From an uncultured Candidatus Saccharibacteria bacterium (GTDB taxonomy: Bacteria; Patescibacteriota; Minisyncoccia; Phycocordibacterales; CALRHW01): a stretch of DNA of 64,000 nucleotides. Of the stretch, positions 48,559 to 57,430 are shown one piece after another. The stretch is taken from positions 102,326 through 166,325 of the forward strand of contig CAYMIL010000001.1 of assembly GCA_964390845.1 (NCBI GenBank), in the 5' to 3' direction. The notes beneath the pieces were generated by a model. That model did no database searches and was not told where the DNA came from. It saw nothing but the letters and a program-made list of their open reading frames with translations. Numbering within the stretch: position 1 is the stretch's first letter; each line of letters starts with the position of its first letter. The position numbers and the translations under genes are program-made.

Positions 48559-49224
48559 ATGCGCATCCTCATCATCGAAAACGATACGACTACTCGCAAG
48601 TTTTTAGAGTCGAACCTCGAATCATGCTGTTTTGCCGTTGACAGTGTACCCGATGGTGCACGTGGATCATTTATGGCACGCACCAACGAATATGACCTCA
48701 TCTTGTGCGCATATATAGTCGCAGAAAAAACTGCACCCGATATGTGTCGAGAAATACGCAACGCGGAAAAACATACTCCTATAATTATCATTTCTGAACA
48801 CTCCGACATCGACGCTAAAATAGAATGCTTCGAGGCTGGTGCTGACGACTATATTGTAAAACCGTGCGTGTTTGATGAAGTTCTTGCGCGAATACGTGTT
48901 GTACTAAAACGACCACGCACAATCGCGTGCGCCGTGTTTGAAATACAAGATATTAGATTAGAAACGGGCACCCAGCGCCTACTCTACAAAAACAAAGAGG
49001 TATATCTTACAAGGAAAGAATACGCCCTCCTCGAATATCTGATGCGCCATCGCGGACGCCTCCTTACAAGAGGAATGATTCTCGAACATGTCTGGGACAT
49101 TGATGCAAACCCTTTTTCAAATACAGTCGAAACACACATTATGAATCTAAGAAAAAAGATTCGTGATATGGAAAAGAAGAGAATCGTAAGTGTGCCAGGT
49201 CGAGGATACATGTTGCGCGGATAA
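48559..49224 (+). CDS. OmpR-family response regulator, atypical receiver (phospho-acceptor Asp replaced)
   Basis: Receiver plus winged-helix (RGYMLRG) domains. Aligned with OmpR, the LDLMLP position reads LCAYIV (D to C) and the DD pair reads END. Confidence 0.75.
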   Translation: MRILIIENDTTTRKFLESNLESCCFAVDSVPDGARGSFMARTNEYDLILCAYIVAEKTAPDMCREIRNAEKHTPIIIISEHSDIDAKIECFEAGADDYIVKPCVFDEVLARIRVVLKRPRTIACAVFEIQDIRLETGTQRLLYKNKEVYLTRKEYALLEYLMRHRGRLLTRGMILEHVWDIDANPFSNTVETHIMNLRKKIRDMEKKRIVSVPGRGYMLRG

Positions 49225-49390
49225 CACCTTATAAAAACTTTAAGTTTTCATGATGCGATTTCTTTTACGATAGTACTGTGGGAAGTTGGTCGAATTTTCC
49301 CACAAACAATAATGCACTTTTACTAATCAATCATGAAGTAGTACAGCAACTTCTGGCGATAGTTCACAAGAGATGTGCATCATTGCAAAA

Positions 49391-49414
49391 ACAACCGCCC
49401 AACATGGCGGTTGT
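49391..49414. terminator. Bidirectional Rho-independent terminator
   Basis: ACAACCGCC-CAACAT-GGCGGTTGT hairpin flanked by AAAA and TTTT, between convergent genes. Confidence 0.65.
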
Positions 49415-49443
49415 TTTATCTACACATTCCCACCTGTCAGAAA

Positions 49444-50475
49444 TTAATGACTGACTATACGTAAAACTGATTTTCCTCCAGAAACAACTAGCTGAGCGCT
49501 TCCTCCTATTGGAAATGTAATCATGGGATTCGTATGTCCGAAATCTACGTTTGCCAACACAGGTATTTTATCCAATTCCCTTTTTGATTTGATTACTTTT
49601 TCGAGACGTTCACGTGTCACTTCACTCGCTTTTTGAAACCGTCCAATAACAATACCTCGTACTGTATCAAAATGCGGGAGATGGATAAGAGACTGCAAAT
49701 CTCGATCGAAATTAACCAACTTAGAATCACTATCATCTTCCAAAAATAAGATAGAGTTTGATATATCCGGCATATATTCGGTTCCCTGAAGAAGATTGAA
49801 CGTACAGATGTTTGCGCCAAGAATCGTTCCTTCTGCAGTACCTTCCCGTATCTCCCACCAACCGTCATTTATACTAAGTGTTCGTTTTTCCTGTTCACGA
49901 AACCAGCCATCATCGCCCCACGATTCACTTGGCAGAACATCAAATTCCCCTTCGTTAAGTACACATTTTTTAAAATATTCGAGTGTATAGTCGAAATACA
50001 ATTTCTGCCCAAATGTTGAATACATCGGACCAGAATATGTAACAAGTCCTGTTTTTGCATAAATCGCATTCTGTAAAGCGGTTATGTCTGAAAAACCAAC
50101 AAACACTTTAGGATTGTTTTTTATGATGTCCCAGTCTATATGGCGTAATAGTTGATTGGAATTGAAACCTCCGAAAGCAGCAAAAATTCCTTTAACATTT
50201 TTATCTAAAAAGGCAGCGTGGAGGTCATCAACTCTCGATGCGATACTTGATGAATCGAACTCGTTGACTTCGTTAGCATTTTGGGCGACAGATACCCGCA
50301 ACCCCATATCGCCGAGCCTCTCATCAGCAACGTGCTTTACATCGCTTGAAATAAAGCTCAACGAATCAGACGGGGCTATTACTCTGATTGTATCGCCCTT
50401 CTTCAGTTTTTTGGGGAAAATTGATTTCATATTATCCGTATGCCTAACAGTACTATACTTAAAATAAAATACCAC
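49444..50475 (-). CDS. ldcA: LD-carboxypeptidase (peptidase S66, LdcA/MccF-like)
   Basis: GFSDITAL nucleophile-Ser motif and conserved C-terminal His/Glu region (VDFGHTNP). Confidence 0.8.
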   Translation of the reverse strand: MVFYFKYSTVRHTDNMKSIFPKKLKKGDTIRVIAPSDSLSFISSDVKHVADERLGDMGLRVSVAQNANEVNEFDSSSIASRVDDLHAAFLDKNVKGIFAAFGGFNSNQLLRHIDWDIIKNNPKVFVGFSDITALQNAIYAKTGLVTYSGPMYSTFGQKLYFDYTLEYFKKCVLNEGEFDVLPSESWGDDGWFREQEKRTLSINDGWWEIREGTAEGTILGANICTFNLLQGTEYMPDISNSILFLEDDSDSKLVNFDRDLQSLIHLPHFDTVRGIVIGRFQKASEVTRERLEKVIKSKRELDKIPVLANVDFGHTNPMITFPIGGSAQLVVSGGKSVLRIVSH

Positions 50476-50522
50476 CAGGAGCAGTTGCTCCTGGTGGTGT
50501 GGGTGGGATTTCCGAACTTGGT

Positions 50523-51059
50523 CTAGAGCAGGATGTGGCAGGCGTCGATGCGAATCGACGTAGCGGCCACCTCCTTCACCAAGAACATGCCGTACTTGCC
50601 GGCATCCGTCATCATGGCGACGACCATCCCCTGCTCCAGGTGGAGAGAGGTCGCCCGTTCCGCACAGGCCGTCTTGCAGGTCGTGACCAGATCCGCGACG
50701 TCCGCACGGGAGCGAAGCTGGTAGAAGTCCTCTGCCGAAACGGGCGCAGGCGCGACCCAGGTCTCGCCAAAGGACCCAGCGTCGATGGAATCTCCGAGCA
50801 GACCAGCGGCATGCGCTGCGCTGATCGAACGAACCTCCATGCGTCCCGTCTGGTTGAACAGGAAGAAGAGGTTGGCTTCACGACCGAGGCGCTCGGCGTC
50901 TGCGGCCATCCACGCCTTGTTGGCCTTGCACTTCATGAAGACGAACAGGGGCTTCTTGTCCGTGAACTCCGAGGAATACGAGTAGAACTCACCCGGGACT
51001 GCCGGGATCACCGTCTGGCTGAGGGCTTCTTGAGCGGGACGTTCCAGGGGCTGGATCAT
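50523..51059 (-). CDS. Hypothetical protein (GC-rich island)
   Basis: 178 aa. AAGGAAAAGGTG RBS before the ATG. The opposite-strand 192-aa ORF is rejected. Confidence 0.45.
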   Translation of the reverse strand: MIQPLERPAQEALSQTVIPAVPGEFYSYSSEFTDKKPLFVFMKCKANKAWMAADAERLGREANLFFLFNQTGRMEVRSISAAHAAGLLGDSIDAGSFGETWVAPAPVSAEDFYQLRSRADVADLVTTCKTACAERATSLHLEQGMVVAMMTDAGKYGMFLVKEVAATSIRIDACHILL

Positions 51060-51176
51060 GTGACACCTTTTCCTTAATCAAAGACCTACCAAATCGACCT
51101 GTTCGCTTGAACAGGTAAAAACGATTTGATCTTTCTATAGAATAACCCGTATTTCTGATTTGTCAAACAACATCAC

Positions 51177-51611
51177 CTACTTAAATATCCCCTCCACTTG
51201 CTCTTCTGTAAGTCCCTCGTATGAAAGTTGCGGGTCGCAATAGTGGCGTCCGGCGCGGATTTTCTGATCTTTAAATTCCCACACAATAACCATCGGGGTT
51301 CGGTAGACGATCGAAGGGTCCCGCTCATCAGGATAGCTTTCGACAAGTTCTGCCATGACCACATCGCCGCTGGAGATAATATGCCTGATATCGTAGTGAC
51401 GACCTTTTATCACATACAGATCCTTCATTGCGGCACGCACATCCTGTGCTACAACAGACGGGAACAATACACCATCTCGCCGTTTGTATACCCACGTCAT
51501 CGAATAGTCATGAGTCATTTTTTCAAGCGCAGCATTCACATCCCCCTCAATCTCATTCTTAAGAATTTCTAAAATAGTACTGATATTCGATTGTTGTGTG
51601 TGGTTTGTCAT
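51177..51611 (-). CDS. Hypothetical protein, possibly SnoaL/NTF2-like fold
   Basis: About 144 aa from the internal Met. ATGA overlap with the upstream small ORF suggests translational coupling. Confidence 0.4.
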   Translation of the reverse strand: MTNHTQQSNISTILEILKNEIEGDVNAALEKMTHDYSMTWVYKRRDGVLFPSVVAQDVRAAMKDLYVIKGRHYDIRHIISSGDVVMAELVESYPDERDPSIVYRTPMVIVWEFKDQKIRAGRHYCDPQLSYEGLTEEQVEGIFK

Positions 51612-51613
51612 TT

Positions 51614-51793
51614 TTAACACGACATGACAATATTCTCGATTTGTTGCCATTTTTTCATATCAAACAGTGCAACACCTGTTGGCAATTCAACATCACACGC
51701 CAAATCCTTATTATGAACACATGTTATATTTTCTCGACAATAGTCCCAAAACAACTGTCGCTTTGATTCTTTGAGGAGATGGGTATCATTCAT
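51614..51793 (-). CDS. Small hypothetical protein
   Basis: About 60 aa (MNDTHLLKESKRQLFWDYCRENITCVH...). Stop overlaps the next start. Confidence 0.25.
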   Translation of the reverse strand: MNDTHLLKESKRQLFWDYCRENITCVHNKDLACDVELPTGVALFDMKKWQQIENIVMSC

Positions 51794-51866
51794 TGTTGTA
51801 TTATATACCCAAAAAAGAACGCGCAAACCCCCTCGGGTTTGCGCGTTATCTGTCGGTGAACCAGTG

Positions 51867-52412
51867 CTAGGCCACACCCTCCTTCTGACGAAGGCACATG
51901 TAGAAATCCACGAGGCTCATGACCTGCTCCATGCTGCATCCGTCAGCGGCATTGATGGTGCGCAAGCGACACTGATACTTGTGCACCAGTCCCTCAGCAA
52001 CGTCGTGAGACGTGCGAGCGATAGCGACCTCCTCGAGCTTGTCCTTGAAATCGCTTTCGATTCTCTCCTTTGCACCCTTGTCTCTCCGGAACATCAGCCG
52101 GAAGAACACCTTGTCCAGGAAGACGAACACTCGGGGTTCGTAGCCCATCTCGACAAGCTTCGCCGCCTGCAAGACGACCGTACGATGCTCAGCCGGGTGG
52201 TGGTGAAGCACGATCTTGTGGTCACGTTTTGGGTCGGGATCAATCTCCGTGTTGTAAGAGGCGTTGGGAAAGACCTTGATGTCGCGACGTTCGAGCTCCG
52301 TAAGGATCGGTTGCACCGATGCCGTGGTCCCGAAAAAGAAGTACGCGCGACGACTGGCTTTCGTCATACCACTCATCTCCGCAATGGGGGTTGTTATGCC
52401 GAAGACACACAC
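51867..52412 (-). CDS. Hypothetical protein (GC-rich island)
   Basis: 181 aa. GGAG RBS before the internal Met (MTKAS...). His-rich patch HHHPAEH. Confidence 0.45.
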   Translation of the reverse strand: MCVFGITTPIAEMSGMTKASRRAYFFFGTTASVQPILTELERRDIKVFPNASYNTEIDPDPKRDHKIVLHHHPAEHRTVVLQAAKLVEMGYEPRVFVFLDKVFFRLMFRRDKGAKERIESDFKDKLEEVAIARTSHDVAEGLVHKYQCRLRTINAADGCSMEQVMSLVDFYMCLRQKEGVA

Positions 52413-52457
52413 TGGTCAAAGAACGGCACTATCATCCATTATCTACAAAAGGCCCTA

Positions 52458-53012
52458 TCAATCAAGGGTAACTTGCACAGGTTTCTCTGCTTCCCTGTTG
52501 TGCTGAGCAAAAATAACAGTACGAACACGTTCAGGATTGTGTGCGTCTTTCATAAAAAACTCACTACTATCTTCACCCGCTGTCTGCACGCGAATATCTC
52601 CAAAGTTGAGGAATGTTGCAACGAAACCACGGACTTCAATACTGATATCCTGAATTTTATCGAAACGAAGATTGGATACCTCACGATGAAACAGATGTTT
52701 TTGGTCAACATCAATAATGCGCTTCTGTGTCACATACCACACATCGAGATAGTAGTTGGTCCATTGCACACAAAAAGATATCCATATACCCATGAGCCAG
52801 ACGGAATACGCAAACCAAAATACCGCATCGTATCTATTGAGCACAACCGTAATTCCATCGAGATTGAAATGGTGAACTGCTATATAGCCAGCAAGTGGTA
52901 TAAGTGCACCGAAAAGAAAAGCGAGTATCTGCCACAAAAAAACAAACCAATGCTTTCGCACTTCAAGTATCACTGATTCGTGTGGATCGAGATTAAAAAG
53001 CATACGATGCAA
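52458..53012 (-). CDS. Bacterial PH-domain (bPH_2/YdbT-like) membrane protein
   Basis: Two N-terminal TM helices followed by a PH-like domain (…YYLDVWYVTQKRIIDVDQK…RFDKIQDISIEVRG…). Confidence 0.55.
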   Translation of the reverse strand: MHRMLFNLDPHESVILEVRKHWFVFLWQILAFLFGALIPLAGYIAVHHFNLDGITVVLNRYDAVFWFAYSVWLMGIWISFCVQWTNYYLDVWYVTQKRIIDVDQKHLFHREVSNLRFDKIQDISIEVRGFVATFLNFGDIRVQTAGEDSSEFFMKDAHNPERVRTVIFAQHNREAEKPVQVTLD

Positions 53013-53250
53013 TGGTGAGTGCGGACGCCGTCATGAGCATCATGATGACCGCAGATACTGAAAAATATATAAGCTCAACAAGAAATGTGCGAACTGTTTT
53101 TATGCCATATCGCTCCCAATGGTATAGCAAAATGATGGTGTAGACGATGTATATAAGACAAACAACACCAACAACCCACCACACCATGTTCCACGAAAGG
53201 GTGATGCCGAAACGAGCTAGTATTGGCAAAAAGTTGATCGAATTCTCCAC
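52993..53250 (-). CDS. Small hypothetical membrane protein (2-3 TM)
   Basis: 85 aa hydrophobic ORF overlapping the downstream gene by 20 nt. Confidence 0.35.
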   Translation of the reverse strand: MENSINFLPILARFGITLSWNMVWWVVGVVCLIYIVYTIILLYHWERYGIKTVRTFLVELIYFSVSAVIMMLMTASALTIASYAF

Positions 53251-53337
53251 GTGTATAAGTATACCACACCACGCGTTGACACCAAGATGTTTTACTGCTT
53301 TAATTGCCTATACACGCGCCGAAAGGCGCACTTTATT

Positions 53338-55092
53338 ATGGAAATACGAAACATTGCAATTATTGCCCACGTGGACCACGGCAAAACCACGTTGACTGAC
53401 GCCCTCATGAAACAGACGGGTGTTGCCGAAGAAGGTGCAAGTATGGACTCAAACGCACTCGAACGTGAGCGCGGTATTACTATTTATGCAAAGAATACCT
53501 CTATTTTCTATAAGGGTACGAAAATCAACATTGTTGATACCCCAGGCCACAGCGACTTCGGCTCAGAAGTAGAGCGCGTATTGCGATCTATCGATACCGT
53601 ACTCTTGGTCGTTGACGCTCAGGAAGGACCGATGCCACAGACACGATTTGTACTCAAAAAGTCTTTGGAGCTTGGCCTCAAGCCAATTGTTGTTATCAAT
53701 AAGATAGACAAACCAGCGGCACGGTGCGCACAGGTTGTCGACGAGGTACTTGAGCTCTTTATGGAGCTTGGCGCTACCGACGAACAAATGAACTTCACAA
53801 CTGTCTATGCTATTGGTCGCGACGGCGTTGCAAAAATGAAACTCGAGGACGAAGCAAAAGACCTCACCCCACTTCTTGATACGATTCTTTCAGAAGTTCC
53901 TCCGGCAAAAAGCGACACGTCTGCCCCACTTCGCATGCAGACTTTCAACCTCGGCTACGACAACTTCCTCGGACGTCTTGCAGTCTGCCGTATTTACGAT
54001 GGAAAAGTACGTGTCGGCGAGCCTATTGTCGTGAAAAAAGTTGACGGCACATCATACACAGGAAAACTCACCAAAATTTCTACATTCGAAGGAACAGCTA
54101 AAAAAGAACTCGAGGAAGCAACCGCTGGCGACATCGTCATGATCGCTGGTCTCCCACAGATTTATATCGGAGAAACTATCTGTGCATCAGAAGACCAAGA
54201 GGCTCTTCCTGCTATTAAAATTGATGAACCAACAATCTCCCTCAATTTCCTCGTCAACGATTCCCCATTTGCTGGCCGCGAAGGAAAATTTGTTACTGGT
54301 CGCCAGATTCGCGAACGCCTCGAAAAAGAGCTCGAGATTAACGTCGGATTGCGCGTAAATTTTGATCAGGGCGATCGATTTATCGTCTACGGCCGTGGCG
54401 AGCTCCACATTGCTATTTTGCTCGAAAATATGCGCCGTGAAGGATTTGAAATACAAGTCTCACAGCCACACGTCATCATCAAAGAAATAGACGGCGTGCA
54501 GTATGAGCCATTTGAAGAAGTGATTGTTGATGTACCCGACGAAAGTGCAGGTGCGGTAATCGCAAAGCTCGGCGAGCGCAAAGGTATTCTTACCAACATG
54601 AAACAGGAGCAGGGTCACCAGCGTATCGTCTTTGAAATCCCGACACGCGGCCTTCTCGGCTATCGCGGACAGTTCGTTATCGATACAAAAGGTGAAGGAA
54701 TCATCTCAAGCCGTTTTACAGAATTTAAGCAGTATGTCGGAGAGATTAAGAAGCAAACCTACGGCTCAATGGTCTCTATGGCTGGCGGAAAAGCACTCGC
54801 CTTCTCACTTGCAAACTTGCAGGAACGAGGTGTTCTCTATATCGAGCCGACAACAGAAGTGTATGAGGGTATGATTGTTGGAAATGTAACTAAGGGCGAT
54901 ACGATGTTTGTAAACCCAACAAAGGGCAAACAGCTTACCAACATGCGCGCATCTGGTTCTGACGAAGGAATCTTTTTGATACCGCCATTCAAGCTCACTA
55001 TCGAACGTGCGATGGAAATCATGGATGAAGATGATTTTATCGAAATCACTCCGAAAAGCGTTCGTCTCCGAAAGAAAGAGTGGAAGAACTAG
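53338..55092 (+). CDS. typA: Translational GTPase TypA/BipA
   Basis: Start at the internal Met (MEIRNIAIIAHVDHGKTTL). G1-G5 motifs, EF-G-like domains and the BipA-specific C-terminal domain. Confidence 0.9.
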   Translation: MEIRNIAIIAHVDHGKTTLTDALMKQTGVAEEGASMDSNALERERGITIYAKNTSIFYKGTKINIVDTPGHSDFGSEVERVLRSIDTVLLVVDAQEGPMPQTRFVLKKSLELGLKPIVVINKIDKPAARCAQVVDEVLELFMELGATDEQMNFTTVYAIGRDGVAKMKLEDEAKDLTPLLDTILSEVPPAKSDTSAPLRMQTFNLGYDNFLGRLAVCRIYDGKVRVGEPIVVKKVDGTSYTGKLTKISTFEGTAKKELEEATAGDIVMIAGLPQIYIGETICASEDQEALPAIKIDEPTISLNFLVNDSPFAGREGKFVTGRQIRERLEKELEINVGLRVNFDQGDRFIVYGRGELHIAILLENMRREGFEIQVSQPHVIIKEIDGVQYEPFEEVIVDVPDESAGAVIAKLGERKGILTNMKQEQGHQRIVFEIPTRGLLGYRGQFVIDTKGEGIISSRFTEFKQYVGEIKKQTYGSMVSMAGGKALAFSLANLQERGVLYIEPTTEVYEGMIVGNVTKGDTMFVNPTKGKQLTNMRASGSDEGIFLIPPFKLTIERAMEIMDEDDFIEITPKSVRLRKKEWKN

Positions 55093-55167
55093 GGCGTATT
55101 GACTTATATAAAAAATGTGATATTATTGTAAAGGTACAGCACCTTTACACCTCGAAAGGAGGACGCC

Positions 55168-55713
55168 GTGAAAAACACTCTTCGCATCTGCGTACGTGGG
55201 ACACGTGTTGTCCTGCTTCTCGCGCTGATCGGCCTCGTGGCACTGTCGTTTAAGGGGGCGCTCAACGTGAGCTACCTACGTGTGGTAGCGCCAGAATACA
55301 AACTGAGGGAAACTGGGGTTCAGATTTCCCGGGGAGCACTGCGCTTTATCGATAACTGGTCACCCCAAACCGTCGCAGGAATTCAATCGTGGAATGGTTT
55401 CCGTTTCGACTTCGTGGTCTGGGATAGAGCACACAAGTACTACGATTCTGGAACCCTCTCGTTTTCAAGAGAAGGTGTTTACACCGGTTTCGGCTTCCAG
55501 TTCATCAACACTGGCGACGGTATGTACTACCGCACCTCACTGACACTCCCCCTCATCGCCTTCGTTGCCATCTGGCTTCTGTGGGAGGTGTGGTTCTGGA
55601 GAAAGCAGTTTGTGATGTGGCGCACCGCGCATCGCCGGACACACGGCCTGTGCACCCACTGCGCATACAAGCTCGGTAGCAACGTATGCTCAGAGTGTGG
55701 CACCAGAAACTAG
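55168..55713 (+). CDS. Hypothetical membrane protein with C-terminal CxxC...CxxC zinc-ribbon (GC-rich, GTG start)
   Basis: AAAGGAGG RBS 7 nt before GTG. Two TM helices. CTHCAYKLGSNVCSECG. Confidence 0.5.
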   Translation: MKNTLRICVRGTRVVLLLALIGLVALSFKGALNVSYLRVVAPEYKLRETGVQISRGALRFIDNWSPQTVAGIQSWNGFRFDFVVWDRAHKYYDSGTLSFSREGVYTGFGFQFINTGDGMYYRTSLTLPLIAFVAIWLLWEVWFWRKQFVMWRTAHRRTHGLCTHCAYKLGSNVCSECGTRN

Positions 55714-55746
55714 CAGCCTCGGACGAAAGTCCGAGGCTGTCTTTTT

Positions 55747-55920
55747 TTATTTCTTCTTTACGTCAGTAGTTTTTGTCTCATCAACATCTTTGAACGCGCC
55801 GCGCATATGGCGAATCGCTTCAACAATGCTTTTTGAAAGTTCTGGAATCTTCTTTGATCCAAACAACAAAATCGCAAGAATCGCGATAATGATGAGCTCT
55901 CTAGTTCCTAATCCAAACAT
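55747..55920 (-). CDS. tatA: Twin-arginine translocase subunit TatA/E
   Basis: 58 aa from the internal Met. MFGLGTRELIIIAILAILLFGSKKIPELSKSI matches the TatA TM plus amphipathic helix. Confidence 0.75.
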   Translation of the reverse strand: MFGLGTRELIIIAILAILLFGSKKIPELSKSIVEAIRHMRGAFKDVDETKTTDVKKK

Positions 55921-56632
55921 GGTTGTGTGTGTTACGGTTAATAAATAGGGTCGCTTCATATAATACCACAAGAGGCAACGCCATAGCCACTAGCGACACA
56001 CCATCTGTTGGAGGTAGCAAGGACACAACAAGAAATAGTATGAAAACGGCTGTTTTTCTACTGCTACGCAAGGTTTCTATAGACAGCGCCCCAAGACGGA
56101 CGAGTGCTGTTACAATAACAGGAAACTCAAATACCACACCAAGAAGAGACGCCGTGAGAAACAGTTGAGAAAGAAAAGCGCTTACATCCCAAATATTTTG
56201 AATGCCTAACGTTCTGTTGATCTGCGCAAGTAGGCCGAATGAATAATAGAGAATAAAGAATCCGTACAAAAAACCAACTACAAAAAGAAGGATACTCACG
56301 GGCACAGATACAAGGACCATTCGACGTTCTCGCGCATTGAGTGCCGGCATCAAAAAAGAAAACATAAAATATGCCACGATGGGTAGCGTACAAAGCAACC
56401 CCAAGAAAAAACCAATATCCATCGCCAAATCTGCAAACTGAAATGGCGACGTGGTCGCAATAGTTACCCCATCAAGCCTAAAGAATTCAAAAAAATGATC
56501 GAGGATAAATCCTGAAGAGAAAAAACCAACAATAAACACAACAATAAACACCAACGCGCTGTGATACAGCTTTACTCGTAGATACTCAAGATATGGCAGA
56601 AATTTCTGTATATGTTCGCTGAGTGGCGACAT
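55901..56632 (-). CDS. tatC: Twin-arginine translocase subunit TatC
   Basis: 243 aa, 6 TM. N-terminus MSPLSEHIQKFLPYLEYLRVKL typical of TatC. Confidence 0.85.
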   Translation of the reverse strand: MSPLSEHIQKFLPYLEYLRVKLYHSALVFIVVFIVGFFSSGFILDHFFEFFRLDGVTIATTSPFQFADLAMDIGFFLGLLCTLPIVAYFMFSFLMPALNARERRMVLVSVPVSILLFVVGFLYGFFILYYSFGLLAQINRTLGIQNIWDVSAFLSQLFLTASLLGVVFEFPVIVTALVRLGALSIETLRSSRKTAVFILFLVVSLLPPTDGVSLVAMALPLVVLYEATLFINRNTHNHVWIRN

Positions 56633-56817
56633 GTCATTCAGACATTATGAATATATCACTACCAGACACAAGCGGCACTTCGAGCACTGGATACTGCGTA
56701 CTTGAAGACTCTGTCGCTATATCAAGCAACTCACCAGAATACGAAGCGTTTGGAAGCTCGACAAGAAAATCTTGGCCTTCGCCCGATTGAAAATTTACAT
56801 CTGTAAGTGCCATATGA

Positions 56818-57429
56818 TTACTTTAACACGTCACTCACTGTGTCGATAACTTTAGAAATCTCCTTTGCCTTTTCTGAAATCTCGTCTGCCTTAGTATTGA
56901 CCGCTTCAATGATAGAGGTTGCCTCCTCAACTGTTGTCACTGCTGGTGCATCCGAAACTACAGCAACAGGCTCTTTTGTCTTTGGTTTTTTAGGCTTTCG
57001 TGTTGGTTTTGTTGTTGTGGGCGTGGTTGTCGAAGTGGCTGTATCGGTCGCAGCCGTACCTACTCCAGCAACTTCCCCAACATCTGGAAGCCCCTCCTGT
57101 GCACGAATTTCAGCAAGTGATGTATCAGTAATTGTGCCACCATTCATTTGAGCGAGGAGTTCATTGCTCATACGCACAAATACCGCCGCCTCATGTTTTG
57201 ATTCTGGATCAACTTTGAGAATCTCCTCACCAAGCTCTTTCGGGTCATTAAACTTATAGATCATCGAGCCATACTTTACATATTGAGCCTGATACGAACC
57301 AAGCTCAATATGTGGACGAGCGACATCGTAAAACGCCACAAGAGCCGTATCTTCGTATTCACCACTTGGTGATGCGACACGAAGATTATTTTGTTCTGCT
57401 ATGAGAGAATCTTGTTCGATGTAAATCAT
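56818..57429 (-). CDS. Hypothetical protein with Thr/Pro/Lys-rich low-complexity linker
   Basis: 203 aa. Globular N-domain, TSTTTPTTTKPTRKPKKPKTKEP linker, helical C-terminus. Confidence 0.4.
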   Translation of the reverse strand: MIYIEQDSLIAEQNNLRVASPSGEYEDTALVAFYDVARPHIELGSYQAQYVKYGSMIYKFNDPKELGEEILKVDPESKHEAAVFVRMSNELLAQMNGGTITDTSLAEIRAQEGLPDVGEVAGVGTAATDTATSTTTPTTTKPTRKPKKPKTKEPVAVVSDAPAVTTVEEATSIIEAVNTKADEISEKAKEISKVIDTVSDVLK

Positions 57430-57430
57430 G

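Noticed and set aside
48420-48809. 129-aa minus-strand ORF upstream of the RHS gene
   Set aside because: It overlaps the response-regulator gene antisense and is poor in coding-like features.
50499-51077. 192-aa plus-strand ORF in the GC-rich island
   Set aside because: It is antisense to the 178-aa minus ORF, which has a clear RBS. Long opposite-strand ORFs are expected by chance in GC-rich DNA.
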